A stretch of DNA of 64,000 bases from a virus. This document shows, piece by piece, positions 19,335-29,181 of the stretch. Location: positions 192,001 through 256,000 of IMG/VR virus record IMGVR_UViG_3300045988_171958. One strand, given 5' to 3'. Under the pieces are notes generated by a model. The model ran no database searches. It worked only from the letters and a program-made list of their open reading frames with translations, and was not told the origin of the DNA. Within the stretch, counting starts at the first letter, position 1, and each line of letters begins with the position of its first letter. The position numbers and the translations under genes are program-made.

Positions 19335-20427
19335 GATTAATAAAATGTTTTACTTCATCTAAATTAAAAAATTCAATGTAATTCAAATGATTTATTTTTG
19401 CAACTTTTCTTTTATATGGATCTCTTTCTGTCCATATTTGTATTGCATTCTTATATAGAATTTTATTTTCATTTTCATATTTATATTTCCATTTATTAAC
19501 AATGTTACTATCTTCTTCCGATTCAGGATTATAAATATGGTCGCCATGTGTCCAATATCCATTGAATTCAATAAACAAATCTTCACTAGGAATATAAAAG
19601 TCACAATTAAATGGATATCGATTACTATTATATTGTCTTATTACATCCTTATATTTTAATTTTAATAATTCAAAACATTTATCTTCTTTTTTAGATCTTT
19701 TATAAGATCCATTTTTTATTTTAGTTTGAATTATTTTATTTTGTACTTCCGGATCAGATAATTTAATTCTTAAATTTTCTCTTGCTTTAGGACATTGATT
19801 ATAATATTCATATCCGTATTTAATTAAATTGGTTTGTTTAGTTTTTTCTTTACATTTTTCAGATGATAAAGATATTTGGGCTTTTTTCCTTATATCTTCA
19901 TCACAAAAGAAATTTGCATAGCCATATTTTCTAAGTCTTGTTTCTTCTGATTTCTTTTGAATTTCTTTGGAAGAAAGAACACATTTTACTCCATATTTTT
20001 TTAAACAAGTATTTTCTTTTTTATTTTTGATTTCTTTTAATTGGAATGGATTTTCTGTACCATATTTATTCTGCCAAGTCATTTTCATCTTGGTAATTAT
20101 ACCTGGTATACCTTTACCATATTTTTTTAACCTTGTTTCTGCAATATGAATACCAACTAAATTAGATTTTTTCTTACAATCATTAGAACAATATGTCAAA
20201 TATACTAATCCAGGATGTCCATTAAATTTACAATTTTTACCACATACTGGGCACTTTGGAATTTCTTCTATATTATATTTTATTCTATATACAGTTTCTT
20301 TATAAGAGTTAAATTCTTTAAATCTATTCTTTAAATATTTTTTAACTTCATCTGTAAAAGATTTCTTATTTAATTTTAATCTTTTTTTAAAAAATTCATT
20401 AATTATATATTCATCATTGATTTCCAT
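19321..20427 (-). mobile_element. free-standing homing-endonuclease-like gene between the gp47-like and gp46-like genes
   Basis: Paralog of 11331-12488 with CPVCGKNC..CSNDC, LKKYG repeats and CDFYIPSEDLFIEFNGYWTHG. Its stop overlaps the start of the gp46-like gene by 14 nt. Confidence 0.65.
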
Positions 20428-20459
20428 GTAGTATATATTCTAATATAGATGTTTTACAT

Positions 20460-21488
20460 TTAAAAATAATCCTTTTTAATTAATTTGTTCTTCACTATTT
20501 CATACTTACTATATAGATTCTTTGGAATGTTGCTATCAATATATTTCTTTATATCTTGGTTCATATCAATTCCAACTTCATCATCATTTATCATCATCTT
20601 ATCTATTGCTACTACTCTTATAGATATTCCAGGATTATTCAGTTTCAGTTCTTTTACTTTCTCAATGTATTTTGCTTTATTGATTAAGTCTTTATCAATG
20701 TATAGCTGAACAAAGCAATTATCAAAATTAGTAAGATTAAAGATTTCTTCATTAAAATATCTGTAAAACTGATAAGTTTCTTCATTTTCAAACTTACGTA
20801 CTATTTCTGTACCTCGTAACAAATATACATATCTCTTGTCATTTACATCATTGAAGTTCAATGGTAATGCTGCACCAAGATTATAAAGCTTATGTTCTTC
20901 ATCTGTCCATGGTGTATGAATGTGTCCACTATATACTGGACTTCCATTCATATTCTTTATCATATCTATATCCCAAGTACATAAATCAGAATGACAGAAT
21001 ATTCTCTTTATAGATTCTCCTTTAAAGTGTTCTATTGTTTGTCCAAACAATTCTTTATCTTCTGTAAAGAACCAAGGCAAATATAAGTCACCATCATTAT
21101 CAAGATATGGGGTTTCAGTATAGAAGTGTACATTATCATGTTCTTTCATGAATTCAGAACCAAAAACCATTTCATAAGCATTGTAATGCATATCTTCTTT
21201 CTTAGGAGAATAGTAGTCATGATTACCAGCAAGAAAATTGAAACTCTTTACAGGATTTCTTTCTATCATTTCTCTTACCATGTCTTTTACTTTGATGCCA
21301 ACTAAAGTGTTTATAGAATATCTTACATCAAACAAGTCACCTAGGAAAATTACTTTCTGCACACCATTTGATATTATCAAACTCTCAATTTCTACAAAAT
21401 AATTTTCCATTTCTTCAAGCCATTGTACAGAATTTGTCTTGGTTCCAAAATGGAAATCACCTATCACTAAAGTATCTTTTTCGTTCAT
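20460..21488 (-). CDS. SbcD/Mre11-like nuclease (T4 gp47-like)
   Basis: Calcineurin-like phosphoesterase motifs in order: VIGDFHFG, FLGDLFD, AGNHD, SGHIH. Confidence 0.85.
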   Translation of the reverse strand: MNEKDTLVIGDFHFGTKTNSVQWLEEMENYFVEIESLIISNGVQKVIFLGDLFDVRYSINTLVGIKVKDMVREMIERNPVKSFNFLAGNHDYYSPKKEDMHYNAYEMVFGSEFMKEHDNVHFYTETPYLDNDGDLYLPWFFTEDKELFGQTIEHFKGESIKRIFCHSDLCTWDIDMIKNMNGSPVYSGHIHTPWTDEEHKLYNLGAALPLNFNDVNDKRYVYLLRGTEIVRKFENEETYQFYRYFNEEIFNLTNFDNCFVQLYIDKDLINKAKYIEKVKELKLNNPGISIRVVAIDKMMINDDEVGIDMNQDIKKYIDSNIPKNLYSKYEIVKNKLIKKDYF

Positions 21489-21507
21489 AAAATAATGTTT
21501 ATACTAA

Positions 21508-21544
21508 ATTAAAATAGAAATAAAATAATTGCAATTTCAAAATA
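21508..21544 (-). promoter_or_regulatory. promoter-like box for the gp47-like operon (divergent with 21561-21592)
   Basis: The reverse complement reads attttgaaattgcaattattttatttctatttta. Confidence 0.4.
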
Positions 21545-21560
21545 TTTTATTTGTATTTAT

Positions 21561-21592
21561 TTTGAAATTTATTTTGTTTATTCTATATTTTA
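21561..21592 (+). promoter_or_regulatory. promoter-like box
   Basis: tttgaaatttattttgtttattctatatttta upstream of 21618. Confidence 0.5.
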
Positions 21593-21617
21593 TCCGAACA
21601 AAATAAATATTAAAATT

Positions 21618-22133
21618 ATGGATATGAATACAAACAAGATTTATGATGATGCTCCAATGATGGATATGGTTAAATTTAACCAAGTAGAAGGTATTGATTT
21701 GAACCTCATAGATGGAGAAAAATTGAATTTTTACTATACATTATCACAAGTTATTTGGGTTACTGAAATACATCTTACAGAAAATAATGAAATAGCATAT
21801 AACTACATCTGTCCTTATGTTGTTGTAAAAGTCAACAACAAGTATTTTCTTAGAAATCGTACTAATGCATATACTTATGCTCATTATGATGTAAAATTTA
21901 AAGAATATGAGTTTGAAAATATAATGGGTAACTTTGCTCTTCCAGTTAATGTACATGCTTCTACTTCTTATGAATATATAAACAGATATAGGCATGAAGA
22001 GTACAAGAAGTTAGTACTTCAGAAAGAAGAAAACAAGTCAACTAACAAATTTGAATTTACTTTAAAGCAAGCTAAAGAAGCTCTTGCAGAAAAATATGGA
22101 TATAATATAGAAAATATTTGTATTAAGCTATAA
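21618..22133 (+). CDS. hypothetical protein (171 aa)
   Basis: ATG ORF downstream of a promoter-like box. Confidence 0.55.
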   Translation: MDMNTNKIYDDAPMMDMVKFNQVEGIDLNLIDGEKLNFYYTLSQVIWVTEIHLTENNEIAYNYICPYVVVKVNNKYFLRNRTNAYTYAHYDVKFKEYEFENIMGNFALPVNVHASTSYEYINRYRHEEYKKLVLQKEENKSTNKFEFTLKQAKEALAEKYGYNIENICIKL

Positions 22134-22138
22134 TATAT

Positions 22139-22264
22139 ATGGATATATCAAAAGTAAGAAGAGAAGGACATTACTATATATTCAGTGTACAAGAAGTACA
22201 GGATATCATTAGTAAAGCTTTAGAAATTGATCCAAGATTAGTAGTTATTGAAACAAAATATTGA
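22139..22264 (+). CDS. possible small protein (41 aa, MDISKVRREGHYYIF..)
   Basis: A short ATG ORF fills the gap between two genes. It is not in the supplied track. Confidence 0.3.
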   Translation: MDISKVRREGHYYIFSVQEVQDIISKALEIDPRLVVIETKY

Positions 22265-22278
22265 AGCAAAATATTGGA

Positions 22279-22635
22279 ATGAAAACAGATTATAAATTTA
22301 GTGAACTAGTAAAGATGATAAAGAAGCATTATGTTGATTCTTTATCAAATGATGTTCTTGATATGCAACAAGAAATTGAAAGATTGGGAACTGAAGTAAT
22401 GGACTTGAAGTCAAGAAATGAATCATTGAAGAAAACTATTGAGAATGACAAATTCAATGTCGAGAATGATCCTTCTTATATATTAGGAAAAGCAGTTGCA
22501 AAGTATGTGAAAGATACAATCAAGACTGATGTAATGAAGAATTTGAATGTTGAAGTAGATTCTGAATGGGACCCTTATTCTGGCCAACGAGACCATAATC
22601 ATACAACAGAAATTTCTTGGAATGAAGATGAATAA
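22279..22635 (+). CDS. hypothetical coiled-coil protein
   Basis: The track ORF starts at TTG 22261. I used the first ATG at 22279. Confidence 0.5.
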   Translation: MKTDYKFSELVKMIKKHYVDSLSNDVLDMQQEIERLGTEVMDLKSRNESLKKTIENDKFNVENDPSYILGKAVAKYVKDTIKTDVMKNLNVEVDSEWDPYSGQRDHNHTTEISWNEDE

Positions 22636-22637
22636 AA

Positions 22638-22670
22638 TTTTGAAATTTTATAATTTTATTCTATATTTTA
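22638..22670 (+). promoter_or_regulatory. promoter-like box
   Basis: tttgaaattttataattttattctatatttta upstream of 22692. Confidence 0.5.
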
Positions 22671-22691
22671 TTCGAACAAAAATAAAATGAT

Positions 22692-23366
22692 ATGACATAT
22701 ACGGTAACATTATCAAGTACATTAGCTAAGTTATCAACTCTTAAGGAAAAGAGCAAGTACACTAGATATCTTATGGATCTCTACTGTACTGAAGAAGAAA
22801 CTATTCATAATGCATTATCTGGCTTATTCAAGACAAAGGTATTGTTTCAGAAGAAGTACAACATCTTATGGGTTGTGAATATTTCTGCTAAGAATAACAG
22901 AATTGTTACAGATAATATCATCCCTATATTTGTAAGTAAGGTAAAGTATGGATATCGAATGACACCTATCTATTATCCTTTCCTAAAGGATATGTATCGT
23001 GTTAAGGATGCAAAGTATATGGCTTATGTAATTGGTAAGCATGGTATTGCTGATTTTACTTTGACTGATGAGAATGATTTTCCTGTATTTGAAGAAAATG
23101 ACAATCTTGATAATGCAATAATCTTTACTCAGTATGAAGATGCTATTAAGTACAGAAGCTTGTTCATTGAATATACAAAGGAAAAGAAGAAGAAAACTGA
23201 TGAACGACATGCAAATGGTATCTTCACTATTGATGAAATTGCAAAGAAGCTTGGAATTTCACCAACCGATTTGAAGATCATTAATGATGAAGATGATGAT
23301 TACATGTATTATGAAGGTACTAGACCGGAAGATTTTGGTGAACTTGGGGATGGTTATATGATTTAA
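22692..23366 (+). CDS. hypothetical protein (224 aa)
   Basis: ATG ORF downstream of a promoter-like box. Confidence 0.55.
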   Translation: MTYTVTLSSTLAKLSTLKEKSKYTRYLMDLYCTEEETIHNALSGLFKTKVLFQKKYNILWVVNISAKNNRIVTDNIIPIFVSKVKYGYRMTPIYYPFLKDMYRVKDAKYMAYVIGKHGIADFTLTDENDFPVFEENDNLDNAIIFTQYEDAIKYRSLFIEYTKEKKKKTDERHANGIFTIDEIAKKLGISPTDLKIINDEDDDYMYYEGTRPEDFGELGDGYMI

Positions 23367-23385
23367 TTTTATTTAATTTAGAAAT

Positions 23386-23979
23386 ATGAATTTAACAACA
23401 GCTATATCAATTGTAAATGATGGTGTGCTTGTTGGTCCACATAAAGGTTGTCCAGTCTTATATATTAAAGATGAGGATGATCCAGACCAGTTTCAAGCAC
23501 TGAATACAAAAGAATTCTATGAATATCTTAAGAAACAGAGAATATTCAGAGATGTATCAAGTTATTGCAGAACTGCATTCTACCTATCTTGGTTCTATAT
23601 AGATGATAATGGAGAAGTAAAGACAGATAGTGCATCAATAACATTGCAAGAAGCTTATCCATTATCTAAATTGCAATATGATGATACAGTTCATGATATG
23701 TATGTTTGGAATATTCTTAGGAATGGGTTGAAATATATTTGGACAGCAAGTTTTCCAGATGAAGAGTTTCCTATGGAATATTCTGGTGACTTACATGATG
23801 ACTTGCAACAGATATACGGAGTATACGAGAAAGTACAGAGCAAGTTTGGTGAGAAGCTTGATAAGTCTACATTTATTCAAGCTGTAAACAGTAAGTTGCA
23901 AAAGCGTGAGGTATATGACTTTACAGAAGAGAATATTGAATACGTAATAGATTATTTAAGAAACATTTTAGAAAAGTAA
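23386..23979 (+). CDS. hypothetical protein, paralog of 3833-4474
   Basis: Shared N-terminal and internal motifs: GCP(I/V)LY(V/I)(R/K)DED(N/D)PD, FYLSWF, VWNILR, FIQ(S/A)..(E/S)(R/K)LQKRE. Confidence 0.6.
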   Translation: MNLTTAISIVNDGVLVGPHKGCPVLYIKDEDDPDQFQALNTKEFYEYLKKQRIFRDVSSYCRTAFYLSWFYIDDNGEVKTDSASITLQEAYPLSKLQYDDTVHDMYVWNILRNGLKYIWTASFPDEEFPMEYSGDLHDDLQQIYGVYEKVQSKFGEKLDKSTFIQAVNSKLQKREVYDFTEENIEYVIDYLRNILEK

Positions 23980-23983
23980 AATT

Positions 23984-24655
23984 ATGGTAGCTTATAAGAA
24001 ATTTACAAAAGCAGAAAGAGAAGGTGTAGTTCGTGCAATGACTAAAAATGTTGTTGAGAAAGAATACAAACCAATCATGTCTAATGTGGAAAATGAACTT
24101 ACATCATTATTCATGAAGGATATTCCAAATGAAGTATTTGAGTTTGAAAAGAAGTATCCTCACCTTATTGATAAGGGTGATGTGTCATTATATGGATATG
24201 ATTTCTTGACAAAAGAAGATAAAGAAAAGTATGATGTTTGGAGTAGATGGAATCATACTTATCCTTGCTTCCATGTAAATAATATTTACAACAAGATGAT
24301 TGATGGTGTTAGTATTCATGGTTTTCATCTTGATGATACTTTAGTAAAATACATTAAGAAGAATGCACCAGAGATTGCAGAGAAAATCAAAGCAATTACT
24401 ATAAAGAGATTAGACTTGCAAGATTGGTCTGATAAGCTTTCTTGTACATTAGGCGCCATTACAACTATCAACAAATTGAAGGAAGAGTTTCCTGAAGCTT
24501 ATACTATCTATGTGAAGATATATGGTGAACCTGGTTCACCTTGCAAAAGTGTAAAAGATGACAAGGGTAACGAGACTTCTATGTGTGACAATATTGAGAA
24601 GTTGCGAGCAGAGTATAACAAGGTAGTAGATAGTAAGGAAGTAGAAAAGAAGTAA
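23984..24655 (+). CDS. hypothetical protein (223 aa)
   Basis: ATG ORF in the + block. Confidence 0.55.
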   Translation: MVAYKKFTKAEREGVVRAMTKNVVEKEYKPIMSNVENELTSLFMKDIPNEVFEFEKKYPHLIDKGDVSLYGYDFLTKEDKEKYDVWSRWNHTYPCFHVNNIYNKMIDGVSIHGFHLDDTLVKYIKKNAPEIAEKIKAITIKRLDLQDWSDKLSCTLGAITTINKLKEEFPEAYTIYVKIYGEPGSPCKSVKDDKGNETSMCDNIEKLRAEYNKVVDSKEVEKK

Positions 24656-24665
24656 TTTATATATT

Positions 24666-25283
24666 ATGAAGAAATATAATTTGAAGTTTGAATTTTGGAA
24701 TATCAATGTTGATCCTATTAAAGAAAAGGAAGCTAACAAGATTATTTGGATTCTTTCACAAACCAGACATGTAAAAGATATTTCATTTGCCAATTATGGT
24801 GAGATGACATTTGACCTTGCTGATGATAAGCATTGGAATCCTATTGTAGAAGATTTGATGGTATTCAACAGAAGAAAGTCAAATTGTATGGTATTTGATA
24901 TCCATCTTACTAAAGGAATTGATTATTATGATAAGCTTTTCTTGTATCATAGCAACAACAAGAGAATTGGAAATTGGGGATATGTTTTATACAATACCAA
25001 GACAGGAAAATCAAAGCACACATATTTCATTTATGATGATTTGAATGACTTGATTGGACATATCAACAAAGCATTGAATTCAATGATGAGAAAAGACAAT
25101 TTCAGTATGGCACATTATGAGTCAAGGGGAAAAATTGTTGGTCTAGATAAGTCTGATTATACTAACTGGTTGACCGGGCATCTTAGTGTCAATGATTGGT
25201 GTCGTAAGGAATATGCCGATCTTCCTAAGATCTTTGTTGACAAGTTGGTTTATCGAAACAATAAGAAATTCATTGAAATGTAA
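24666..25283 (+). CDS. hypothetical protein (205 aa)
   Basis: ATG ORF in the + block. Confidence 0.55.
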   Translation: MKKYNLKFEFWNINVDPIKEKEANKIIWILSQTRHVKDISFANYGEMTFDLADDKHWNPIVEDLMVFNRRKSNCMVFDIHLTKGIDYYDKLFLYHSNNKRIGNWGYVLYNTKTGKSKHTYFIYDDLNDLIGHINKALNSMMRKDNFSMAHYESRGKIVGLDKSDYTNWLTGHLSVNDWCRKEYADLPKIFVDKLVYRNNKKFIEM

Positions 25284-25315
25284 ATTATGTAAAATATTAG
25301 TTCAATAAAATAATA

Positions 25316-25555
25316 ATGGGTAAAGTAAATGAAGAATCCTCTACTGGTGGGATGGGAATTCCTAATCCTCTTAGTATTAAATATGAGGATGAAGAATATG
25401 TAAAAGAAGTTGCAAAATCATTATTTGCTAATGCTACTCTATCCGAAATTGATAGTAATGGTAATATTGTTAATTTAGGTGATGGAAAAGTTAAAGCAAT
25501 AGCAGATAGGTGTGTAAAATACGCTAGAATGTTATTAAAGTCATTAAATTCATGA
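25316..25555 (+). CDS. hypothetical protein (79 aa)
   Basis: ATG ORF with an ATGA stop/start overlap with the next gene. I regard the antisense track ORF 25297-25575 as spurious. Confidence 0.5.
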   Translation: MGKVNEESSTGGMGIPNPLSIKYEDEEYVKEVAKSLFANATLSEIDSNGNIVNLGDGKVKAIADRCVKYARMLLKSLNS

Positions 25556-25917
25556 AAAATAAAAAATTGATTCATGTGATATTTCTAAATATCTACTTAG
25601 TAATATTGTGTTTTGTATATACATCATGTATTACATCAAATGTACCTATTGAAACAACATATCATACTCAAGTAGTTTATGAATATTATGACTATTGGTA
25701 CAAATATCATAAACCATATTATCCCCCAATTCCAAAGAGACCAGTTTATGTTTGTCCTCCACCAAGAGATCCTTACCATCCTATTTGGATTCAACACCCA
25801 TCATATAAACCAAGACCTAATTGGTTTGGTAATATGCGAAAGGATGTGAAAGTACCTAGTAGAGTAGACGGTAGACCTATTTATCCAAAGAATAAAAATT
25901 TTGGTGGTAGACGATGA
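25552..25917 (+). CDS. putative lipoprotein, Pro/Tyr-rich
   Basis: N-terminal hydrophobic segment ending ..CFVYTSC (lipobox-like Cys). The mature part is rich in P, Y and K. Confidence 0.5.
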   Translation: MKNKKLIHVIFLNIYLVILCFVYTSCITSNVPIETTYHTQVVYEYYDYWYKYHKPYYPPIPKRPVYVCPPPRDPYHPIWIQHPSYKPRPNWFGNMRKDVKVPSRVDGRPIYPKNKNFGGRR

Positions 25918-26013
25918 ACTTTTTAATAGAAATATTCTATTATTAATCTTGAAACGATATTAATATTCGTTTCATAATAACATAATTTAATAACAATATA
26001 AATTTAAAAGAAA

Positions 26014-26175
26014 ATGAAAAAGATTTTGGTAGTATTTGCCGCTATTGTGGCAATTAGTTTTGCTTCTTGTGGCAATTCAACTAAGTCAACTGCATCTGTA
26101 AATGACTCAGATACAGTAGTTGTTGACACTGCTGCAGATTCTGTAACAGTTGACTCAGCCGTTGTAGCAAAGTAG
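26014..26175 (+). CDS. small putative lipoprotein (53 aa; not in ORF track)
   Basis: MKKILVVFAAIVAISFASCGNST.. is a classic signal peptide plus lipobox Cys. A hairpin and T-run follow. Confidence 0.5.
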   Translation: MKKILVVFAAIVAISFASCGNSTKSTASVNDSDTVVVDTAADSVTVDSAVVAK

Positions 26176-26207
26176 AATCAGTTTAACTAATTCAATTTAA
26201 ACACAGA

Positions 26208-26237
26208 TGCAGGATTCAAAAGATCCTGCATTTTTTG
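26208..26237 (+). terminator. intrinsic terminator
   Basis: tgcaggat-tcaaaag-atcctgca followed by tttttt, after the small lipoprotein ORF. Confidence 0.7.
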
Positions 26238-26268
26238 TTTGAAATTTATCTAAAGTTTACTATATTTA
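26238..26268 (+). promoter_or_regulatory. promoter-like box
   Basis: tttgaaatttatctaaagtttactatattta upstream of the rnh-like gene. Confidence 0.5.
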
Positions 26269-26303
26269 TAAAGTACAAACAAATAAATTAAATGTAGTAG
26301 ACT

Positions 26304-27374
26304 ATGTCGAATAAGAAATCTATAATGACCCTTGTGGTCGACGGTAACTGGTTGTTGATGTCTCGTCTTTCTATTCTTAGAATGAGAATTAAAGATGAAG
26401 ATACTTTGGTTAAAGAAGTAAAGTTGATGATGATTAAGTCAATCAACAAGTTGCTTCGAGATATTCCACAGATTGATAATGTGATTTTTGTTGCAGATGG
26501 TGGATCATGGAGAAATAAGATAAGTATTCCAGAATTCTTGAAGAAAGATCATATTACTTATAAAGGTAACAGAGAAAAAGATAAAGATCTTGATTGGGAC
26601 AAAATTTTCAAGGGATATGACGAGTTTATTGATATATTGAAAGAAACTGGAGTATGTGTTTCTAGAGAGAAAGGTGTAGAAGGAGATGATTGGTGTGCTT
26701 ATTGGAGTAAGTTATTGAATAGTAAAAATACTAATTGCCTTATCTGGTCAGCTGATAGAGATTTGACTCAATTAGTTAAGATTGATTCAAAATCTAAATG
26801 CTTTACTGCTTGTTGGAAAAAGGATGCTATTGTAATTGAATCTGTTGACCATACATCAGATAATGAAATGGATTTCTTCTTCAATAGTTATGATTCAAAT
26901 GAGAATCAGAAATTGTTAGAAACTCTTTGTATGAAAGCAAAGAAAGTTGAAGAAATTCATCCTATGGATATTGTAATAGATAAGACTATTAGAGGAGATC
27001 TTGGTGATAATATTTTACCAGTAGTTTACAAAAAGGCTAAGAATCCAAATTCTGACAAGATATTCAGAGTAAGCAACAAGGAATTAGATTTGTCTATTGA
27101 TATTACAAATGTTGATGAAGTGAAGGCTTATTTCGAAGATTTGTTGAATAAGAAAACATGGAAAGATAAAGCCATGTCAACATTAGATGAGATAATTGAA
27201 CACTTCTTTTACAATGAAAGATTAGTATGGTTGGATCCAATTCAATATCCTAATGAAATTCTCGAAAAGATGACAAAATATTCTATTCCTGTCATTAATA
27301 AGGATTTGAGTTTAGCAGAGCAGAAAATCCAAGCAGAAAAGAATGACGTTTATGATGTTCTTGAAGAAATTTAA
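26304..27374 (+). CDS. rnh: 5'-3' exonuclease / flap endonuclease (T4 RNase H-like)
   Basis: PIN/FEN acidic motifs LVVDGNWLL, FVADGGSWRN, GVEGDDWCAYW, WSADRDLTQL. Confidence 0.85.
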   Translation: MSNKKSIMTLVVDGNWLLMSRLSILRMRIKDEDTLVKEVKLMMIKSINKLLRDIPQIDNVIFVADGGSWRNKISIPEFLKKDHITYKGNREKDKDLDWDKIFKGYDEFIDILKETGVCVSREKGVEGDDWCAYWSKLLNSKNTNCLIWSADRDLTQLVKIDSKSKCFTACWKKDAIVIESVDHTSDNEMDFFFNSYDSNENQKLLETLCMKAKKVEEIHPMDIVIDKTIRGDLGDNILPVVYKKAKNPNSDKIFRVSNKELDLSIDITNVDEVKAYFEDLLNKKTWKDKAMSTLDEIIEHFFYNERLVWLDPIQYPNEILEKMTKYSIPVINKDLSLAEQKIQAEKNDVYDVLEEI

Positions 27375-27391
27375 GAAAAATTTAAATAAAT

Positions 27392-27422
27392 TTTGAAATT
27401 TTAAGAATTGGTTCTATATTTA
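27392..27422 (+). promoter_or_regulatory. promoter-like box
   Basis: tttgaaattttaagaattggttctatattta upstream of 27468. Confidence 0.5.
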
Positions 27423-27467
27423 GTATGTTAAATATTAAATGTAGAACCAATTTAAGTAATAAGTATT

Positions 27468-27848
27468 ATGATTATGGTAAATATGGATAATTTGAAAAAG
27501 GTAAAGAATTCAGTAATGAATATGATTAATGTTGAATTAATGAAAGAAAATCGTCTTTCTGATGTTTCTTCAATTAACATTAAGATTAAGTTTGAATGTA
27601 GTGATGTTTGTTCTCTTTATCCATTAACTTGGCTAGAAGATCCGTATGATGAATTTATTATTGAACATTTTATCAACAGAGTACCAGAAAAATATCGTTA
27701 TCATCTTATTGGGTTTAAGCTTGAAGATTTCAATACTTGGTGGCCAGTTTTCGATGATGATGAATTAAATCAGAAGTTTGTTGATGAAACTAATGATTAC
27801 ATCAATAAGAAAGCTGAAATGTTAGATAAATGGAATATGTATGATTAA
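27468..27848 (+). CDS. hypothetical protein (126 aa)
   Basis: ATG ORF downstream of a promoter-like box. Confidence 0.55.
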   Translation: MIMVNMDNLKKVKNSVMNMINVELMKENRLSDVSSINIKIKFECSDVCSLYPLTWLEDPYDEFIIEHFINRVPEKYRYHLIGFKLEDFNTWWPVFDDDELNQKFVDETNDYINKKAEMLDKWNMYD

Positions 27849-27859
27849 GATTTATAATT

Positions 27860-28255
27860 ATGATGACAGATAGATTAAATCAACCTTTGAATATTTATGA
27901 CTTAGTATTGATTTCTCATCCTAAGACTTCTGTATTGCTCAGATGTATGGTTGTAAAGATTATGACAAAGACAGTAAAAGTTGTTGTACTTCCAGAGTCT
28001 GAATTAGAAAATGAAACTGCTCAATATTGTCAGAAAACTATGGCTGATGTAGGTGATGGTAAATGGCATGGAAATGTATATAAGTCAAAAATTGGTTTCA
28101 ATAGAAAACCTGAAGAAGTTATAAAGATTGGTCATACTGAAGTTCCTTGTGATTTATCTGAAACAGAAGAAGCAGTAGCTACAGAACTTGTGGATGTTAA
28201 GATTGGTGATCCTAACCTTTGGGTTAACAGAAAGAATTTGAATTATCACATTTAA
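27860..28255 (+). CDS. hypothetical protein (131 aa)
   Basis: ATG ORF. Its N-terminus (NIYDLVLISHPKTSVLLRCMVVKIMTKTVKV) resembles that of the next gene. Confidence 0.55.
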   Translation: MMTDRLNQPLNIYDLVLISHPKTSVLLRCMVVKIMTKTVKVVVLPESELENETAQYCQKTMADVGDGKWHGNVYKSKIGFNRKPEEVIKIGHTEVPCDLSETEEAVATELVDVKIGDPNLWVNRKNLNYHI

Positions 28256-28269
28256 ATAATTTTTAAAAT

Positions 28270-28494
28270 ATGGAAACATTAGTTACAACAGATATTACTA
28301 ATAAAGAAGTAAGAATTGGTGATATAGTATTAGTTGCACACACAGATAGCAATAATCTTTTTCATGCTAAAGTAATTAACATTAGACCTAAGAGAATGAA
28401 ATGTATGATTTTTGATGCACCTAAGAGTTATCGTTATATGAATGATACAGTTGTTCAGAGATTACCAGAACAAGTAATTAAAATATCAGATTAA
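28270..28494 (+). CDS. hypothetical protein (74 aa), possible paralog of 27860-28255
   Basis: RIGDIVLVAHTDSNNLFHAKVINIRPKRMKC follows the same pattern as the preceding gene. Confidence 0.5.
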   Translation: METLVTTDITNKEVRIGDIVLVAHTDSNNLFHAKVINIRPKRMKCMIFDAPKSYRYMNDTVVQRLPEQVIKISD

Positions 28495-28500
28495 GAGACT

Positions 28501-29172
28501 ATGAAAGTAATATACGATGAATTATACCCTGATGAGTTTTTCAATTATGGAGGTATTGTAACAGTAGGTAGTTTCAATTTTGAAATCAAGAATATTGTTG
28601 AATGGAAGAAAAGTACTAATGCTCCTAATTGGACATTCGACTATATCAATACTGTAAAAGGTGGTGATGCATGCATTGGTATCATGCACTTCAAGTTTGA
28701 TGATGAAAATGGCTGGTTCAAATATACAGGTAATCTTCCAAAACTTGAACCTAAAGATCCTTATGGTATCAATAATGTAAACTTTTCATTGATTAGTCAA
28801 GACCATCCAAAATGGGATAAGTTTACAAAACAGAGATTAGAGTGTGGATTTGATGATTCTGAAATATGGAATCTTGACCTTACTATTGCAAAGTTCGTCC
28901 TTCCACGTGTTGAAAGATTGAAAAAAACTTTTGCTGGGTACCCTGCATTTTTAAAGAGTGAAGATGAATGGAAAGCTATTCTTGAAAAGATGTGTAAGGC
29001 ATTTCGTTTGTATATTAATTGTGACAATGATTGTATCGAAAATGTAAGAACAATAAAAATGTTACATGAAAGTGATGATCCAAAAAAATTAATGGATATT
29101 TTGAAAGATCATGAAGATTATGAAGAAGGAATGAATCTCTTTTTCAAATATTGGAAATGGCTTGGTGATTAG
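28501..29172 (+). CDS. hypothetical protein (223 aa)
   Basis: Last ATG ORF of the + block. The conserved structured element follows it. Confidence 0.55.
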   Translation: MKVIYDELYPDEFFNYGGIVTVGSFNFEIKNIVEWKKSTNAPNWTFDYINTVKGGDACIGIMHFKFDDENGWFKYTGNLPKLEPKDPYGINNVNFSLISQDHPKWDKFTKQRLECGFDDSEIWNLDLTIAKFVLPRVERLKKTFAGYPAFLKSEDEWKAILEKMCKAFRLYINCDNDCIENVRTIKMLHESDDPKKLMDILKDHEDYEEGMNLFFKYWKWLGD

Positions 29173-29181
29173 TTAGATTCT

